Of a stretch of DNA of 64,000 nt, positions 60,037 through 64,000 are shown in pieces (position 1 is the stretch's first letter; the number at the start of each line of letters is the position of its first letter). The position numbers were made by a program, and so were the translations under genes. The notes below the pieces were generated by a model. It had not been told where the DNA came from. It saw only the letters and a list, made by a program, of their open reading frames with translations, and did no database searches. This DNA is from Enoplolaimus lenunculus (lineage: Eukaryota), in contig JASANG010001737.1 in the NCBI GenBank assembly GCA_030248215.1, positions 248,001-312,000 of the forward strand, read 5' to 3'.

Positions 60037-61399
60037 GTAGCAATATTACGTATATACGTATTATCACTCAAGTGTTTCTTGATATTTTTCTAGGGATGTG
60101 CCGATTGACACACGAGCTTAAATAGCTAGCAATATCAGATATATAATCACGGAAGTATTTCTTGATATTTTTCTAGAGATGTCTCGATACCGATTCTGCA
60201 CATTTTTATTTTGTTTTTAGTTTTTGTCCCTTTGCAATTGTTCGATTGAAAATGTTTAATGCAAATTTAATTTCAGTCTGCAAAAATTGTTTGCTAATGT
60301 TGTATCAATGACATTAAAAACAAGTGAAAATTCGTATAGTTTAACCGGGTTGGTAATGCATCACCCGCTATGCAATGTTCTCAATAAACTGTGTATCCTA
60401 AAACTGATTGCCGCCTCCAACTATTTATCTCTCCTCTAAAAAGTTGTCACAGGGGGGCTGAGCCCTCCCCCCTTGCCTCCCCTATGCAATGTTCACAATA
60501 AAACTAGTACCCTAAATCCTAAAATTTCATTGCCCCCTCCAACTATTTATCGCTCCTTTAAAAACATATCGTAGAAATTTCTCTTTTAAATTTGTGCCAC
60601 CGTTTCCTCATAGGGTAGGGTTAACGAGCACCGGTAGTAAAATTTAATTTTACTACATATACAAAACATGTGTGTTAATACACATAACAAACACACACAG
60701 CGTTTGTGTCGTGTTTGTATTGTGGTTATGATTATTGTGAACATTGCATAACCGTACTCGGTCGGCTGTTCCCTGGTTTATTTTAAAGATGTGCTTGCTT
60801 GAAAGCTCTAAAGTACGATCCTTGTATCTCTTGGTAGTTTAAAGCCTAAATTTATTTTTACTGTTCAACGGGAGCATTTGACTACGTAGAAGTAACATTT
60901 ACTAGAAATAGCATAAAAGTCTTAACCAGAGTGAAACGGGACGACCGTTTCCGGCAGAAATCGGTGAAAATTATAATTCACGTGTATATGTCCGCAATTT
61001 TTCATTGCAGGGATGCTGCAATTGTTCAAAATGAAATAATTGCAAAATTCATTCAAAACCGTAAAAATTTAAAATTTTAGAAAACTCGAAGAATATTTGC
61101 ACGCCTCCATTTTGTTGGCTTTAACATAAAACATGATTGAAACTTATATACTTCAATTTCCGTTATTTTAATCACTATCCGTTTCCGTTATTTTTACTAT
61201 CCGTTTACACCCTGGTCTTAACCTATCTTTACTAAAGTCTAGGCTTTACTTCAAGAGGAAAATATCCAGTTGATGCTGAGTTGTCTCATCTCGTTAACAG
61301 GACATTTTTCATTTTTTGTCAGATATGGTTTTGTGTCTAATCCTGATGGTGGTTCTTTGTCATAGTATTCTCAGGTTAAGTTAATCTGAGTTCTAGAAA

Positions 61400-63356
61400 A
61401 TGCCAACCACTTTCCAAGGGCTGCATTCTAGCGATATGGCTGAAGTAGACGCTGCAGTGAAAACATTGTTTTATTTGGTGTCCGAAGAATTGAGCAACAC
61501 TAAGTGTTTGTTGACGCATCTGTCATGTTTTGATGTTCTATTTGAACGTGCAATTCGTGAACCGTGTGTGTTAGCTGTTTTAATTGCTAAGATAGTGCAG
61601 AATGGCGGTGTGCAAGTGGCGAAATTTAAACGACTGGTAAGTTTAAGGACCGAATTTGGGGCCATATCAGGGTGTTACTGGATATCGGTTCCGGCGAAAC
61701 TCCAGGGAATCCCTTTGTTTTATTGTCAAAATTAGGACTAAATCGCGTGCGCATAAAAATAGCACAACGTTTTATTACATATATGCTGCAAGTTTTCGAT
61801 ATTTAAGTACAAGTGATGAAACTCATCCAAAATGATAAAAGATAGGGTGCATCAGCTATTTTATTAATTTTAATTAGGAAGCCCAGTGCCTAAGCCCAAG
61901 CGTTAGAATGAACGTATACCTAAGCGTAAGGCAAAAATTGTCTAAATTTTAAGCTTTGTTTGTTGCAGTTACGCATAAAAATGTTCCGCCACCGATCTTT
62001 CGGCTCATGTTACTTTAAGGGGCGTCCAGGTTTCTGGTGGGTCTATAAAACAGGAGGTTTAGATTCTAGATTACATTTTTGGTTAGACTTAGGCTTAGGA
62101 ATACGCTTTTGCACCGCTTAGGCTTAGGAATACGCTTAATCTACGGTTACGCCCCTAAAAGTAACATTGGCCGATCTTTCCATGGGCCGTTTTCGTTTTT
62201 CGAGCACTAATCTGTTTCATCATTTTTACTATCCGTTTCCGTTTCTATCATTTTTACTATCCGTTTATAATAATTTGCATGGGATAGGGTTTTGGATAAG
62301 GCTTCAGAATAATCAAATGATACTTTTCTGAGTGGACTGCTGTTGTGCGCACAGCATAAACCTGATACTAATACGGTATGAGTTGAACACGTCTATGGCA
62401 AATGTTTCAGATAAAGAACTCGTTTTCAATCTGAATGCGAAAGTTTTTGACGAGCTAAAGTTTACCTATTTCAATATTATGTATAGTTTTTGTTTCTAAA
62501 CTTTTAAAACGGACTAAATTGATTTCACAGTTCGTGCTTTGTTTCATTTGAAATAAAAATAACCAACTGTTCCAATTTTTTAACTTTTGGCCGAATTCGT
62601 TAGATTTTCTGTGAAATTTTACATTCCACTTTCGTTATCTTTACTATACGTTTATACCGTGGTTTTACGCCTTTTTGAATAGCCAGATCTGCAGGGTTGC
62701 GCTATACTTTTGTTGACGTTCGGCGCCGTCCGTCACCCGTCCGGCGCTGTCCGTCACTATACGGTATCATACGTGTGTAATTTGCGTAGGATAACCCCCG
62801 GTGACGGGCGGCGCCGTACGGGTGACGGACGTCGCCGTAAGTCAGTATAGCGCAACCCTTTTGTACTTTTTTCAGATAGAAAACAACAGTTTGATCGATA
62901 ACAAATTTGTGCGATTTTTGATTGCGAAAATTGTGTTCAAATGGAACACGGTATCTGTAAGTGCTGCAACCTGTACTGTAATCATAAAAATAATTTATCA
63001 CAACCTTTGATGTTAAAATCTAAATCACAATATTTCCATTTAAGATTGCCAGATTGCGGTGGTCAAAAAGATTTTTTGTAATAAAAATTTTTGCACTGTC
63101 TTTGAGACAAAGCGCAAAGGTCGTACCGCCAAGACTCAGTGTGACCTCTGCCTCCTCAATCATAATTAATAATATTACTGTGAAACGAATACACTAAACT
63201 TATCGAATCATTGCTGTAAGCTGATAGTCCAAATTTTGTTTTAGATTATTACCGATGCTAGATTGGAAAGCATAGAGTTTGCGAAATTTTCGTTCGAGCT
63301 TAAACTGGACATTGCTCGCAATATTGTTTACTGTGAGTCAATTGGAATATTATCTG
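61400..63356 (+). CDS. Unidentified helical protein, 5' exons (gene probably continues past the window)
   Basis: In-frame candidate exons 61400-61636, 62876-62950 and 63245-~63356 with GT-AG borders. No family recognised. Confidence 0.5.
62002..62172. mobile_element. Merlin-like MITE carrying (TTAGGC)n, nested in the TIR of a related MITE
   Basis: Same TIR family; perfect 8-bp TSD GATCTTTC. Confidence 0.8.
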
Positions 63357-64000
63357 GTAAGATGATTTGTGCCTATCTCGGCATTCATTGGCTCCTCAGT
63401 GTTTTTATGCAATCAGCCAATGCTAGTAATCTAAGCGCTTCCACTGGTGATTTAACTTCATTAACAGTTTTAGTCTTCTTTTTGAAATTGTTTTACGTTA
63501 GAGTTTACTCTAGAATATTGTATTCTATCAAATTTTAAAATTCTGATATGTGAAATTAATATGAGCTGGTGGCTTAGCGAATAAATATAATTATCTTGCT
63601 TCATATATATAGAATATTAAATATTGGGCCATATTGGTTGTATTATATTTAAAATTTGATACCAATCTGCCGCCTGCATTTTGTTATGAATGGAATTTTT
63701 TTTATTCATACTATCCTGTTACGGTTTCGCATACATACGGTAGTTTCACAAGTTTGATTATTATTTCCGGACCGAAGTAATATATAGGTTAAATCTTGTC
63801 AGAATTAATTTTATATTTTACTTTTCGGTTCTGGTTGATCATATAGCGCCATAAGTCTTAAAATTTATTGACCACTCTTTCGTAAGGAAATGTTATACTT
63901 GAAGCTTTTAGATATTTTAGAACATGAAAATGCGAAACATATACAGTGTACTTTGCTACAATCAATTCAAGTTGGTCAATTGTTGTCGCAGGGATTCGGT

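Overview
Eukaryotic, intron-rich genomic DNA, most likely from a nematode. The inference rests on abundant TTAGGC/GCCTAA repeats (the nematode telomeric hexamer), frequent TTTCAG/TTTTAG acceptors and metazoan gene content; most ORFs in the supplied track are spurious or single exons. Spliced gene models built by hand: a 52-aa ultra-basic protamine/H1-tail-like gene (+), UBE2J1/ubc-6 (+), a secreted, probably GPI-anchored tandem two-domain Cu/Zn-SOD-like gene (+), a short SNAPC4/SNAP190-like Myb gene (+), coronin (-), PITHD1 (+) and the 5' part of an unidentified gene (+). Pol III genes: 7SL/SRP RNA (-), two identical tRNA-Asp(GTC), tRNA-Ile(AAT) and tRNA-Lys(CTT), all in or next to the SNAPC4-like gene. 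There are also many MITEs (hAT-, Merlin-, Tc1- and PIF-like), a tRNA-derived SINE, a LINE remnant, a ~240-bp satellite and three T-depleted stretches that look like base-calling artefacts. Most interesting are the SNAPC4-like/7SL/tRNA locus, the SOD with a metal-ligand-free second domain and Arg-to-Pro in both domains, the micro-exon basic protein, and the telomere-repeat-carrying MITEs.
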